This document shows, piece after piece, positions 37,440 through 47,222 of a stretch of 64,000 nt of DNA (position 1 is its first letter; every line of letters starts with the position of its first letter). The DNA is from Alphaproteobacteria bacterium (lineage in GTDB: Bacteria; Pseudomonadota; Alphaproteobacteria; CALKHQ01). The stretch is taken from the NCBI GenBank assembly GCA_965227515.1, contig CBDDFZ010000001.1:1632001-1696000 (forward strand). Direction: 5' to 3'. The position numbers were made by a program, and so were the translations under genes. A model generated the notes under the pieces. It made no database searches, was not told the origin of the DNA, and saw nothing but the letters and a program-made list of their open reading frames with translations.

Positions 37440-39339
37440 GGCCCCCGCCATCGAGCAGACCGTCGGTCTGGGCGCCCCGGGTCTGGACCATCTGGCGGAC
37501 AGTGGCATCACCGTGGTGACCGATATGGACGGTCGCGTCATGTCGGCAAGCGCGGGCTTTCATGCGCTGGCGGAACTGATGGAGTGGCCGGAGGACCATG
37601 TCGTCCTGGACGGCATGGAAGATGCCCGGGACAAGCTAAAGCGCGGCGCGCCCGTCGCACGCTCCACCGCTACCGGGTCATTTCGTTTCCATGCCGATAT
37701 CGTGACGCTGGACGTCGAGCACGTGCTGATGCGCGACGGCGACGGCAACCCCAGTGCCATCGTCAACCGTTTCGTCATTCCGGCGGAGGTGGATAGCGTC
37801 AACCAGGGCGCGCAGCTCGACGAAGCGCGGCGGCGGCTGGCCGATATCGCGCGGCTGACCTCGGACTGGCTCTGGGAGACCGACCGCGGCATGCGGTTCA
37901 ATTACGTCTCCGACCGGGTGTGGGACGTTCTGGGCGTGCTGCCGGCGCAACTCATCGGCCGGCCGCTGGACTCGCTTGGCCGCTTCGATGGCGGCGCCAG
38001 CGTGCTGAAGCCGCAATACGATGCCGAGCGCAGGCGCCCGTTCAGCGACATCGGGCTCGCGGTTCTGCACGGCAATGGCCGGGTCAGCCGGCTGCGCCTG
38101 TCGGGCGTGCCGGTGTTCGATCCGGGGACCGGGGCATTCCGCGGCTATCGCGGCATTGCCCGCGACGTCACCGCCGTGGCCGACGCGAAGGCGGAGGCCG
38201 ACCTGTCGATGTCGCGCCTGATGGCGGCGGTGAACGCGTCCAACGACGGTTTCGCCGTGTTCAACACGACCGGCGGGCTTGTGGAGGCCAATCGCAATTT
38301 CGCGCGTGACTTCGGCCTGTCGGAAACGCCGGCGAAGGGCGAGCAACTAGCTGCTCTGGTCGAGCACGCGGTGTCCACCGGCTGGTTCTGTTCGGAATCC
38401 GAGGCGGAGGCGCGGTTGCTGCGGGGCACGTTGATGCCGGCCGACGGCACGTTGCCGCCGCAGGAGGTGGAGCTGGACGACGGTCGCTGGCTGATGATGA
38501 CGCAGACCAAGTCCGAAACAGGCGACCTGCTGGTGGTCTGCACTGACATCACGCCGCTGAAGGAGCGCGAGCAGGCGATCTACAACGCCAAGCTGGCTGC
38601 CGAGGGCGCCGACCGCGCGAAGACCGCCTTCCTGTCGACGATCAGCCACGAGTTGCGGACCCCGCTCAACGCCGTGATCGGCTTCGCCGAGATGATGCGC
38701 GACGAGATCATGGGGCCGATCGAGAACGCGCAGTACCGGTCCTACGTCCGCGACATTCTGGACAGCGGCGTCCATTTGCGCACCCTGATCGATACCTGCC
38801 TGGACATCGTCAAGCTGCACTCCGATGCGGTGGACCTGAGCGACGGCACGGTGGCGCTGGCCACCATGGTCGACGCGGTGTTCGACGACGAGGCCGGCCG
38901 GGCGCGGGTTACCGGGGTCACGCTGACCAACCGGCTGCCGCGCGACCTGCCGTTGCTGAGCGCCGACAGCGCGCGCATGCGCCGCGTGTTCGACAATCTG
39001 ATCGACAATGCAATCAAGTTCGCCAATGCCCCCGGCAAGGTGGAGGTCGACGGTGCGCTGCTGGGCGACGGCAGCTTGCAGGTCATCATCGCGGACGACG
39101 GCATCGGCATGGCGCCCGCCGATATCCCGCGCGCGCTGGACCCGTTCCTGCAGTTGGATTCGCGGTTACAGCGGCGCTTCCAGGGCCTGGGCATGGGCCT
39201 GCCGTTGGCCAAGGGCATTGTCGAACGGCACGGCGGCACGTTCGAGATCGACAGCGCGCCCGACCAGGGCACGCGCATCGAGATGACGTTCCCGGCCAGC
39301 CGCATTCTGGCAACAGGTGCCCAGTCCGGCGTCGGTTGA
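37426..39339 (+). CDS. PAS-domain sensor histidine kinase (PleC/DivJ-like), cytoplasmic
   Basis: SDWLWETD PAS motif, SHELRTPLNAVIGF H-box, NLIDNAIKF, DDGIG and GLGMGL boxes. Confidence 0.9.
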   Translation: MLQLEAPAIEQTVGLGAPGLDHLADSGITVVTDMDGRVMSASAGFHALAELMEWPEDHVVLDGMEDARDKLKRGAPVARSTATGSFRFHADIVTLDVEHVLMRDGDGNPSAIVNRFVIPAEVDSVNQGAQLDEARRRLADIARLTSDWLWETDRGMRFNYVSDRVWDVLGVLPAQLIGRPLDSLGRFDGGASVLKPQYDAERRRPFSDIGLAVLHGNGRVSRLRLSGVPVFDPGTGAFRGYRGIARDVTAVADAKAEADLSMSRLMAAVNASNDGFAVFNTTGGLVEANRNFARDFGLSETPAKGEQLAALVEHAVSTGWFCSESEAEARLLRGTLMPADGTLPPQEVELDDGRWLMMTQTKSETGDLLVVCTDITPLKEREQAIYNAKLAAEGADRAKTAFLSTISHELRTPLNAVIGFAEMMRDEIMGPIENAQYRSYVRDILDSGVHLRTLIDTCLDIVKLHSDAVDLSDGTVALATMVDAVFDDEAGRARVTGVTLTNRLPRDLPLLSADSARMRRVFDNLIDNAIKFANAPGKVEVDGALLGDGSLQVIIADDGIGMAPADIPRALDPFLQLDSRLQRRFQGLGMGLPLAKGIVERHGGTFEIDSAPDQGTRIEMTFPASRILATGAQSGVG

Positions 39340-39345
39340 TTGGCG

Positions 39346-40440
39346 CTAGCTGTGGCCGCCCAGTCGGCTCAGCGTCGCCCTTGCCTGGTGCACGATCGCC
39401 GATACCCGTTCCCCGGCGGGCACGACCTCCCCGACCAACCCCGAGACCTGGCCGGCAAACAGTGCCAGCCGGTCCATCGCGCCGGTCATCGAGCGCAGCG
39501 GCGAGTCCGTGCTCCATTCATAGATCGGCCGGCCCTCCTCTTCCGCAACGGCATGGCGCGGGATCTCGGCCGGGTCGTGACCGAAGAGCCGTGTTCCCAG
39601 ACCGTCGGTCATGTCGTTCGCGAGCACGCGCACCGGCGAGCCCTTCGGCCAGTTGATGGCATAGGCGTCGGTATGGACGGTGCGGTCGGAGGTTGCTGCC
39701 ACGACCCGTTGCTTGTGCATGTCGTGGGCGAAGGACTCCGGTGTCGCCAGGAACAGCGTGCCGCAGTGGATGCCTTGCGCGCCAAGGGCCAGCGCGGCCA
39801 CCAGCGCATCGCCGGTGGCGAACCCGCCCGAGCCGACGACCGGCACGTCTACCGCCGCCACGACCTGCGGCAGCAGCACCAGCGAGGTCACGTTGCCGTG
39901 GACGTGTCCGCCGGCCTCGACGCCCTGGGCGATGATGGCATCGGCGCCGGCCTCCACCGCCGCCACCGCGTCGGCCACGCTGCCGACCTGGTAGAGCACG
40001 GTCATGCCGGCATCCTTGGCCGCCGCAATGGCGCCGGGGACCACATCCCAGAAGAACACCATCGCCGGAACGCCTGCCGTGACGCAGGCCGCGAACTCGC
40101 TTTCATAGAGTGCCGGGTCGGTGGCGGCGGGGATCAGGTTGACCGCGAACGGGCGGTCCGTGCGTTGTCGAACCGCATCGACTTCGCGCCGGATCAGATC
40201 GGGCGTCTCGCGCACCATGCCGATGCAGCCGAAGCCGCCCGCCGCCGACACTGCCGCCGCGAGTTCGGACCGCGCAACGCCGCCCATGCCCGCCTGCAGG
40301 ATGGGAAAATCGCAGCCCAGAAGCGCGCAGAGCGGCGTGCGCAGCGGGTCGCGGTCCGGCGGTGCCAGATTTTCGAACTCGTGGGCAAAGCAGGGCGATG
40401 ACGCCAGCTCGACCGGTTCGTCATCTCGTTCGTCGATCAT
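39346..40440 (-). CDS. nitronate monooxygenase family flavoprotein
   Basis: QAGMGGV, QGVEAGGH, GSGG and GTLF motifs. Confidence 0.9.
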   Translation of the reverse strand: MIDERDDEPVELASSPCFAHEFENLAPPDRDPLRTPLCALLGCDFPILQAGMGGVARSELAAAVSAAGGFGCIGMVRETPDLIRREVDAVRQRTDRPFAVNLIPAATDPALYESEFAACVTAGVPAMVFFWDVVPGAIAAAKDAGMTVLYQVGSVADAVAAVEAGADAIIAQGVEAGGHVHGNVTSLVLLPQVVAAVDVPVVGSGGFATGDALVAALALGAQGIHCGTLFLATPESFAHDMHKQRVVAATSDRTVHTDAYAINWPKGSPVRVLANDMTDGLGTRLFGHDPAEIPRHAVAEEEGRPIYEWSTDSPLRSMTGAMDRLALFAGQVSGLVGEVVPAGERVSAIVHQARATLSRLGGHS

Positions 40441-40467
40441 CCGCAGGCTCCGAGGGTGTGTGGGCGC

Positions 40468-41325
40468 TCAAACATCGCCGGCATCGTCGGCCCAGCCCTC
40501 ACCGGTGCCGCGATGGATCACGTCGTCCTCGTCTAGCACCGCGCCGGCGCCAATGTCGGGCAGGGACTCCAGCGCGCGGTAATAGTCGGTGAAATCGGGG
40601 GCGGTCGCCGCGAACAACTGGTCGAAGTCGTCGATGACGAAGTAGGTCTTCTGGAACGTGTCGATGCGATAGCGGGTGCGCATGATGCGCATCAGGTCGA
40701 AGCCGATGCGGTTCGGGCTTTCGCTTTCCAGGCAGTAGCGCACCTCGCCGCGCGACGACACGATGCCGGAGCCGTAGATGCGCAGCGTATCGGCCTCGCG
40801 CACCAGGCCGAACTCCACCGTGTACCAGTAGAGCCGCGCCAGCTTGGCCAGCGCGCCGAGCCTCAGCGCCTTCATCCCGCCGCGCCCGTAGGCCGCCATG
40901 TAGTCGCCGAACACCGGGTTCATCAGCATCGGCACATGGCCGAACAGGTCGTGGAAGACGTCCGGCTCCTGGATGTAGTCGATCTGCTCCGGCTTGCGGA
41001 TCCACCAGGTCACCGGAAAGCGCCGCCCCGCCAGCATGGCGAAGAACACGTCGTCGGGCACCAGCCCGGCCACCGCTTCGATCCGCCAGCCCGTCGCCGC
41101 ATCCAGGTGGGCGTTGATGTCGTCGAACTTCGGGATGCCGCCGGCCGCCATGCCGAGCCCGCGCATGCCGGCAACGAACGCGTCGCAGGCGCGGCCCGGC
41201 AGCAGGTCGGCCTGCTGGTCGAACAGCGTCGCCCAGGTGCGGTGGTCCTCGGCGCCATAGCTGTCATATGGCTGCGCCAGAATATGCGGCGCGATGTCGG
41301 GAACGCTTGGCGAAGCGGGTGTCAT
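40468..41325 (-). CDS. phhA: phenylalanine 4-monooxygenase
   Basis: EPDVFHDLFGHVP, RLYWYTVEFGL and YGSGIVSS motifs. Confidence 0.95.
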   Translation of the reverse strand: MTPASPSVPDIAPHILAQPYDSYGAEDHRTWATLFDQQADLLPGRACDAFVAGMRGLGMAAGGIPKFDDINAHLDAATGWRIEAVAGLVPDDVFFAMLAGRRFPVTWWIRKPEQIDYIQEPDVFHDLFGHVPMLMNPVFGDYMAAYGRGGMKALRLGALAKLARLYWYTVEFGLVREADTLRIYGSGIVSSRGEVRYCLESESPNRIGFDLMRIMRTRYRIDTFQKTYFVIDDFDQLFAATAPDFTDYYRALESLPDIGAGAVLDEDDVIHRGTGEGWADDAGDV

Positions 41326-41417
41326 CGCTGGCCGTCCTCCGTTAGGTTGGACCCGCCTAGACTATCGAATATGGCCCCTTCGGGCGCACGCGACAACCGA
41401 ACCGCAAGGACGCATTG

Positions 41418-42545
41418 ATGCACATTTCCAGTCAGTTCGACGGTGGCAACATCGAGGTGGAGAGCGCCGCCCGGCCGGACGACATCCGGCTGAAGATCCG
41501 GCGCGACCACCAGTCGGACTTCATGCAGTGGTTCTGCTACCGGGTCGCCGGCGCGCGCGGGCAGGCGCTGACCATGCGCATCGTCAATGCGGGCGAGGCG
41601 ACCTACACCCAGGGCTGGGAAGGCTATGCCGCCGTCGCGTCCCACGACATGCAGACCTACCACCGGGTGCCGACGCGCTATGCCGACGGGGTGCTGGAGA
41701 TCCAGCACACGCCGCTGAGCGACTGTGTGACCTACAGCTATTTCGCGCCATACAACCTGGTGCGCCATGCCGCCCTGGTCGCCGGTGCGGCGGCGGACGA
41801 GGAGACGTCGCTCAGTGTGCTGGGCCAGACCGTCGACGGCCGCGACATCGACCTGCTGACCCTCGGCGCGCCGGCGGCGGGCAAGCGCGCGGTCTGGGCC
41901 ATCGCCCGCCAGCACCCCGGCGAGACCATGGCCGAATGGTGGATGGAGGGTTTTCTCGACCGGCTGATCAACCCCGCCGATCCGCTCGCCCGTGCGCTGC
42001 GCCAGAAGGCGGTGTTCTATGTCGTGCCGAACATGAACCCGGACGGCAGCTTTCGCGGCCACCTGCGCACCAACGCCGCCGGGGTCAATCTGAACCGCGC
42101 CTGGGCCGAGCCGAGCCCGGACACCAGCCCCGAGGTCTACTACGTGCGCGAGCACATGCGCCGCACCGGCGTCGACTTCTGCATCGATGTCCACGGCGAC
42201 GAGGCGATCCCCTACAACTTCATCGCCGGCTCACATGGCATTCCGTCGTTGAAGGAGAAGCAGATCGACCTGCACGACCGGTTCTGCGCCGCGCTGGTGC
42301 GCGCCAACCCGGACTTCCAGATCGAGCACGGCTATCCCAAGGCGCCGCCGGGCCGCGCCAACATGACCATGTCGACCAACCACATCGCCGAGGCGTTCGA
42401 CTGCCTGGCGATGACCTTGGAGATGCCGTTCAAGGACGTGGCGGACGCGCCCAACCAGATGACGGGCTGGTCGCCGGAGCGCAGCGGCGTGCTCGGCCGC
42501 GCCTGCCTGGACGCGCTGGCGGAGGTTATCGACGACCTGCGTTGA
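41418..42545 (+). CDS. M14-type cytosolic Zn carboxypeptidase
   Basis: RQHPGE, NMNPDG, NLNR, DVHGDE and TLEMPF motifs. Confidence 0.9.
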   Translation: MHISSQFDGGNIEVESAARPDDIRLKIRRDHQSDFMQWFCYRVAGARGQALTMRIVNAGEATYTQGWEGYAAVASHDMQTYHRVPTRYADGVLEIQHTPLSDCVTYSYFAPYNLVRHAALVAGAAADEETSLSVLGQTVDGRDIDLLTLGAPAAGKRAVWAIARQHPGETMAEWWMEGFLDRLINPADPLARALRQKAVFYVVPNMNPDGSFRGHLRTNAAGVNLNRAWAEPSPDTSPEVYYVREHMRRTGVDFCIDVHGDEAIPYNFIAGSHGIPSLKEKQIDLHDRFCAALVRANPDFQIEHGYPKAPPGRANMTMSTNHIAEAFDCLAMTLEMPFKDVADAPNQMTGWSPERSGVLGRACLDALAEVIDDLR

Positions 42546-42573
42546 TCGTGACCAGCTTGCGCTGACTTGGCAA

Positions 42574-44355
42574 TCAAACGCTAATACGCTTCGTCTCACC
42601 GGACCCGATATCGGGCGTGCTGACCGGCGAGCCGTCGCCGACCGGGGCCAGCGTGCGCATCGCCTCGTACTGGGACAGGAACACCTGGCCGGTCATCTCG
42701 TCCAGGAAGTGGGTGCGCTTCAGCCGGTCCATCACCGGGCCCTTCACCTCCGACAGGTGGAGCTTGATCTCCATGTCCTTCAGCCGGTGGTTGATGGCCT
42801 CCAGCGATTCCAGCGCGCTCAAGTCGATCTCGTTGATCGCCGAGCACATCAGCACGATGTGGCGGGTCTCCGGCGCGGCCAGCACCCGGTCGTAGAGATA
42901 GTCCTCCAGGAAGCGCGCGTTGGCGAAGTTCAGGCTCTCGTCGATGCGAAAGCTCAGCATGGCCGGGTCGGTCAGCACCCGGTGGCGCCGGATGTTGCGG
43001 AAGTGCTCGGTGTGCGGCACCAGCCCGACCTCGGCGATGTGCGGGCGAGAGGTGCGGTAGAGCGCGAGAAGGATCGAGATGATCACGCCGCCGGAGACGC
43101 CGACCTCGACCCCGAAGCCGAGGGTGAGCAGGATGGTGCCGGCGACCGCGGCGAAGTCGGGCTTGGAGTACCGCCAGGCCTGCTTCAGCACGCCGAAGTC
43201 GATCAGCGACAGCACGGCGACGATGATGGTGGCGGCCAGCGTCGCCTTCGGCAGGAAGAAGATCAGCGGCGTCAGCGCCACCGCGGCAATCGCGAGCCCA
43301 ATTGCGGTGAAGGCGCCGGCGGCCGGAGTCTCGGCCCCGGCATCGAAATTGACCACCGAGCGCGCGAAGCCGCCGGTGACCGGATAGCCGCCGGTGAAGG
43401 CCGCGCCCAGATTGGCGGCACCCAGCCCGATCAGCTCCTGGTCCGGGTCAATGCGCTGGCGCTTGCGCGCGGCCAGCGTCTGCGCGACCGAGATCGATTC
43501 CACGAAGCCGATGATCGAGATCAGCAGGGCCGGCACGATCAGCGCCTCGATCAGGTCCAGCGAAACATCGGGCAGGGTGAAGGGCGGCAGGCTCTGCGGC
43601 ACCGCGCCGACGATCTGCACGCCCTGGTCCGCGAGGTCGAAGGTGCCGACCGCAAGCGTGGTGACGACGACGGCGGCGACCGGGCCGGCCTTCGCCGCCA
43701 CGTCGGCCAGGCGCGGGCCGACGCCCAGGCGCCGCAGCAGCGGCTTCAGCCCCTTGCGCACCCAGAACAGGAACGCCGCCGAGACGATGCCGATGACCGC
43801 CGTGATCGGGTTGGTGTCGGCGATGTGCTCCACCAGCGACACCACCATCTCCCACAACGTGTGGCCGGACGCGTCGACGCCGAGCACGTGGCGGAGCTGG
43901 CTGGTCGCGATCAGCACGCCGGACGCGGTGATGAACCCGGCGATCACCGGGTGGGACAGGAAATTGGCCAGGAAACCCAGCCGCAGCACGCCCATCAGCA
44001 CCAGCATGGCGCCCGACAGCCCGGCGAGCGTCAGCGCGGCGACCGCATAGCCGGCGGTGCCGGCCGCCGCCACATTGCCGATGGCGGCCGCCGTCATCAG
44101 CGACACCACCGCCACCGGCCCCACCGCCAGCACGCGGCTGGTGCCGAACACCGCATAGAGCATGATCGGCAGGATCGAGGCGTAGATGCCCGCTTCCGGC
44201 GGCAGGCCGGCCAGCAGCGCATAGGCCAGCGACTGCGGGATCAGCATGATCGTCACGATCACGGCCGCGATCAGGTCGTTGCCCAGGGCCTGGCCGTTGT
44301 AGGTGCGGCCCCATTGCAGGATCGGCAGATATCGCGTCCAGCCGCGCGCGGTCAT
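42574..44355 (-). CDS. sulP: SulP family anion transporter with STAS domain
   Basis: IPQSLAYA..GLP, GYPVTGGFARS and a C-terminal STAS domain. Confidence 0.9.
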   Translation of the reverse strand: MTARGWTRYLPILQWGRTYNGQALGNDLIAAVIVTIMLIPQSLAYALLAGLPPEAGIYASILPIMLYAVFGTSRVLAVGPVAVVSLMTAAAIGNVAAAGTAGYAVAALTLAGLSGAMLVLMGVLRLGFLANFLSHPVIAGFITASGVLIATSQLRHVLGVDASGHTLWEMVVSLVEHIADTNPITAVIGIVSAAFLFWVRKGLKPLLRRLGVGPRLADVAAKAGPVAAVVVTTLAVGTFDLADQGVQIVGAVPQSLPPFTLPDVSLDLIEALIVPALLISIIGFVESISVAQTLAARKRQRIDPDQELIGLGAANLGAAFTGGYPVTGGFARSVVNFDAGAETPAAGAFTAIGLAIAAVALTPLIFFLPKATLAATIIVAVLSLIDFGVLKQAWRYSKPDFAAVAGTILLTLGFGVEVGVSGGVIISILLALYRTSRPHIAEVGLVPHTEHFRNIRRHRVLTDPAMLSFRIDESLNFANARFLEDYLYDRVLAAPETRHIVLMCSAINEIDLSALESLEAINHRLKDMEIKLHLSEVKGPVMDRLKRTHFLDEMTGQVFLSQYEAMRTLAPVGDGSPVSTPDIGSGETKRISV

Positions 44356-44389
44356 TGTGGCGTGGTCCAATGCTGTCGAGCCAAGGAGG

Positions 44390-46054
44390 TCAAATCCGCT
44401 CGGGCTTGGCCAGCCACTCGCGCCCGCGCAGCATCGCCTTCCAATAGATCGGCGGCAGCAGCTTCTCCTTCAGGAACCACGCCAGGCGGCTGGGCTTGGT
44501 GCCGTTGATCAGCCAACGCGGGAAGCTTGGCAGCAGCGTGCCGCCATAGCCGAACTCGGCCAGCACGATCTTGCCGCGCTCCACCGTCAGCGGGCAGGAG
44601 CCATAGCCGTCGTACTGCGCCACCGGCGAGCGGCCGTCGACATCGGCGATCAGGTTCTCCGCCACCGTCGGCGCCTGCTTGCGTGCGGCAGCCGCCGTCT
44701 TGGCATTGGGAGCATTCATCACGTCGCCCAGCGCCCAGATGTTCTCGAACGACTTGTGGCGCAGGGTCGCCTGGTCGACATCGACCCAGCCGGCAGCGTC
44801 CGCCAGCGGCGACACCCGGATGAAGTCCGGCGCGGTCTGCGGCGGGCAGACGTGCATCATGTCGAACTCGACCTCGACGCGCTCCACCGGCGTGTCCGGC
44901 TTGGCGACGTCGAACCATGCCTTGCCGGCCGGGCCGTCCACCGCCACCAGGTTGTTGAAGAATTCCAGCTTGGCGCCGTAGCGGTCGATATAGCTCTGTA
45001 GCGCCGGCACGTAGTCTTTCACGCCGAACAGCACGCCGCCGGCATTGTGGAAGTGGATGTCGATGTTGTTGAGCACGCCGTTGCGCCGCCAGTGGTCGGC
45101 CGAGAGGTAGAGCGCCTTCTGCGGCGCGCCGGCGCACTTGATCGGCATCGGCGGCTGGGTGAACAGCGCGCGCCCCTTCTTCAGCCCCTGCACCAGTTGC
45201 CAGGTATAGGGCGCCAGATCGTAGCGGTAGTTGGAGGTGACGCCGTTGCGGCCCAGGGTCTCGACCAGGCCTTCCACCTTGTGCCAGTCGAGCTTCAGGC
45301 CGGGGCAGACCACCAGGCGCTGGTATTTCACCACCCGGCAGCCATCCAGGATGACGGCGTTGTTCTGCGGCTCGAAAGCGGCCACCGCCGCCTTCAGCCA
45401 ATGCACGCCGTTGGGGATCAGCAAGGCCATGGTGCGGGCGGTGTCGCCGGCGTCGAAGATGCCGCCGCCGACCATGGTCCAGCCCGGCTGGTAGTAGTGC
45501 ACGTCGGCGGGGTCGATGATGGCGATATCGAGCGAGGGCCGGCGCGCGCGCAGGCTGGCGGCGACGGAGATGCCCGCGGCACCGCCGCCGACCACCACAA
45601 CGTCGAACGACGCATCCGGCCGGTCGGTCGGTGTCTTGCCGCCATTGGAGATGCGCCGCGCCACGCCGCTCATGTCGTAGCCGGCGCGCTTGGCGGCGGC
45701 CAGGATGTCGGCCAGCGCCATCCGGTCGGCCTGGGCCAGCGACCACAGGGTTGTCGAGCGGGTGCCGGACCGGCAATAGGCCAGCACCGGCTTCGGCAAT
45801 GACTGCAGCGCATCGCCGAACGCCTGGGCGTCGTCGTCGCCTACCTTGCCGGAGACTATGGGGATGTAGCGTGCCTCCATCCCCGCCTTTTTCGCTGCCT
45901 CTTCGATTTCCTCGAAATTGGGCTGGTCCGGCCCCTCGCCATCGGGCCGGTTGCAGATGACCGCCCGGAAGCCCTGTTCGGCGAGTGCTGCCACGTCGTC
46001 GACGGCGATCTGGCCGCTGACCGACAGCTCGTTCGAGATCTTCTTCACGTCCAT
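44390..46054 (-). CDS. sqr: TIGR01244/DUF442 sulfurtransferase fused to sulfide:quinone oxidoreductase
   Basis: CNRPDGE and YCRSGTRS, then GGGAAG, YYQPGWT, KCAGAPQK and YDGYGSCP. Confidence 0.9.
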   Translation of the reverse strand: MDVKKISNELSVSGQIAVDDVAALAEQGFRAVICNRPDGEGPDQPNFEEIEEAAKKAGMEARYIPIVSGKVGDDDAQAFGDALQSLPKPVLAYCRSGTRSTTLWSLAQADRMALADILAAAKRAGYDMSGVARRISNGGKTPTDRPDASFDVVVVGGGAAGISVAASLRARRPSLDIAIIDPADVHYYQPGWTMVGGGIFDAGDTARTMALLIPNGVHWLKAAVAAFEPQNNAVILDGCRVVKYQRLVVCPGLKLDWHKVEGLVETLGRNGVTSNYRYDLAPYTWQLVQGLKKGRALFTQPPMPIKCAGAPQKALYLSADHWRRNGVLNNIDIHFHNAGGVLFGVKDYVPALQSYIDRYGAKLEFFNNLVAVDGPAGKAWFDVAKPDTPVERVEVEFDMMHVCPPQTAPDFIRVSPLADAAGWVDVDQATLRHKSFENIWALGDVMNAPNAKTAAAARKQAPTVAENLIADVDGRSPVAQYDGYGSCPLTVERGKIVLAEFGYGGTLLPSFPRWLINGTKPSRLAWFLKEKLLPPIYWKAMLRGREWLAKPERI

Positions 46055-46064
46055 GACGATTCCT

Positions 46065-46120
46065 CCCGTATCCAACTGCCCGTATCCAACTGCCCGTATC
46101 CAACTGCCTGTGTCCGACGG
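46065..46120. repeat. 14-bp tandem repeat (3 perfect + 1 degenerate) between pdo and sqr
   Basis: CCCGTATCCAACTG x3, then CCTGTGTCCGACGG. Confidence 0.9.
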
Positions 46121-46121
46121 C

Positions 46122-47006
46122 TCAGAGGCCGTTGATCGGCAGCTTGAGCATCTGCCGGCCGCTGGGATCGGTGGGGATATCGCCGGCACGCATGTTGACC
46201 TGCAGCGACGGCAGGATCAGGCGCGGCATGTCCAGGGTGGCGTCACGCGCGGTACGGAACTTGACGAACTCCTCGCGTGTCTTGCCGCCACCGACATGGA
46301 TGTTCTTGGCCTTCTCGGCGCCGACCGTGGTCTCCCATTCGATGTCGCGGCCGTCGGCGCCGTAGTCGTGGCACATGAACAGGCGGGTCTCGTCCGGCAG
46401 CGCCAGCACCTTCTGGATCGAATCGTAGAGGGTGCCGGCATCGCCGCCCGGAAAGTCGGCGCGTGCGGAGCCCGCATCGGGCATGAACAGGGTGTCGCCG
46501 ACGAACGCGGCATCGCCGATCACGTGGACCATGCATGCCGGGGTGTGGCCGGGGGTGTGCATGGCGAACCCGGTCATGCCGCCGATGGTGTAGGTGTCGC
46601 CGTCCTTGAACAGGGCGTCGAATTGGCTGCCGTCGCGCTTGAACTCGGTCCCTTCGTTGAAGAACTTGCCGAAGGTCTCCTGCACCACGACGATCTTGTC
46701 GCCGATGCCGATCTTGCCGCCCAGCTTGGCCTGGATGTACGGCGCGGCGGACAGGTGGTCGGCGTGGACGTGGGTCTCGATGATCCACTCCAGCTTCAGG
46801 CCACGGTCGGTGATGTCGGCGATGATCTCGTCGGCGTGCTCGAAGCTGATGCGGCCGGCGGCATAGTCCAGGTCCATCACCGAATCGACGACCGCGCAGG
46901 ACGACGAGCCGGGGTCCTTGACCACATAGCTGATGGTGTTGGTGTCCGGCTCGAAGAACGCCTTGACGTCCGGCTTCACGGAAATGTCGACGGGATATTG
47001 TGTCAT
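46122..47006 (-). CDS. pdo: persulfide dioxygenase (ETHE1/Blh-like MBL fold)
   Basis: ETHVHADHLS, TPGHT, GDTLF..ARADFPGG and CHDY motifs. Confidence 0.9.
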   Translation of the reverse strand: MTQYPVDISVKPDVKAFFEPDTNTISYVVKDPGSSSCAVVDSVMDLDYAAGRISFEHADEIIADITDRGLKLEWIIETHVHADHLSAAPYIQAKLGGKIGIGDKIVVVQETFGKFFNEGTEFKRDGSQFDALFKDGDTYTIGGMTGFAMHTPGHTPACMVHVIGDAAFVGDTLFMPDAGSARADFPGGDAGTLYDSIQKVLALPDETRLFMCHDYGADGRDIEWETTVGAEKAKNIHVGGGKTREEFVKFRTARDATLDMPRLILPSLQVNMRAGDIPTDPSGRQMLKLPINGL

Positions 47007-47064
47007 TGCTTCCTCCGGTTGGCGGGATTTGCGCCAACCGTAGAGCAATGTCACGCACCGATCA

Positions 47065-47104
47065 GTGATCTAGTCACGGAAGGTGGAACGTCGGTGACTA
47101 GATC
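47065..47104. promoter_or_regulatory. candidate Crp/Fnr-family operator upstream of pdo
   Basis: GTGA-tctag-TCAC palindrome plus inverted copy GTGACTAGATC. Confidence 0.55.
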
Positions 47105-47123
47105 GGGATCAGCTTACGCTGAA

Positions 47124-47208
47124 TCTGCGCCGGCCCTCTCCCCCACCCGGCCACCCAGCAGGATACTGTCGTTGGGCGGCCGGGTGGGGGAGAGGGCCGG
47201 TGCCGACT
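47124..47208. repeat. CCCTCTCCCCC-type palindromic repeat, copy 2
   Basis: GGCCCTCTCCCCCACCCGGCC..GGCCGGGTGGGGGAGAGGGCC long hairpin. Confidence 0.85.
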
Positions 47209-47222
47209 TAAATGATCATGCT

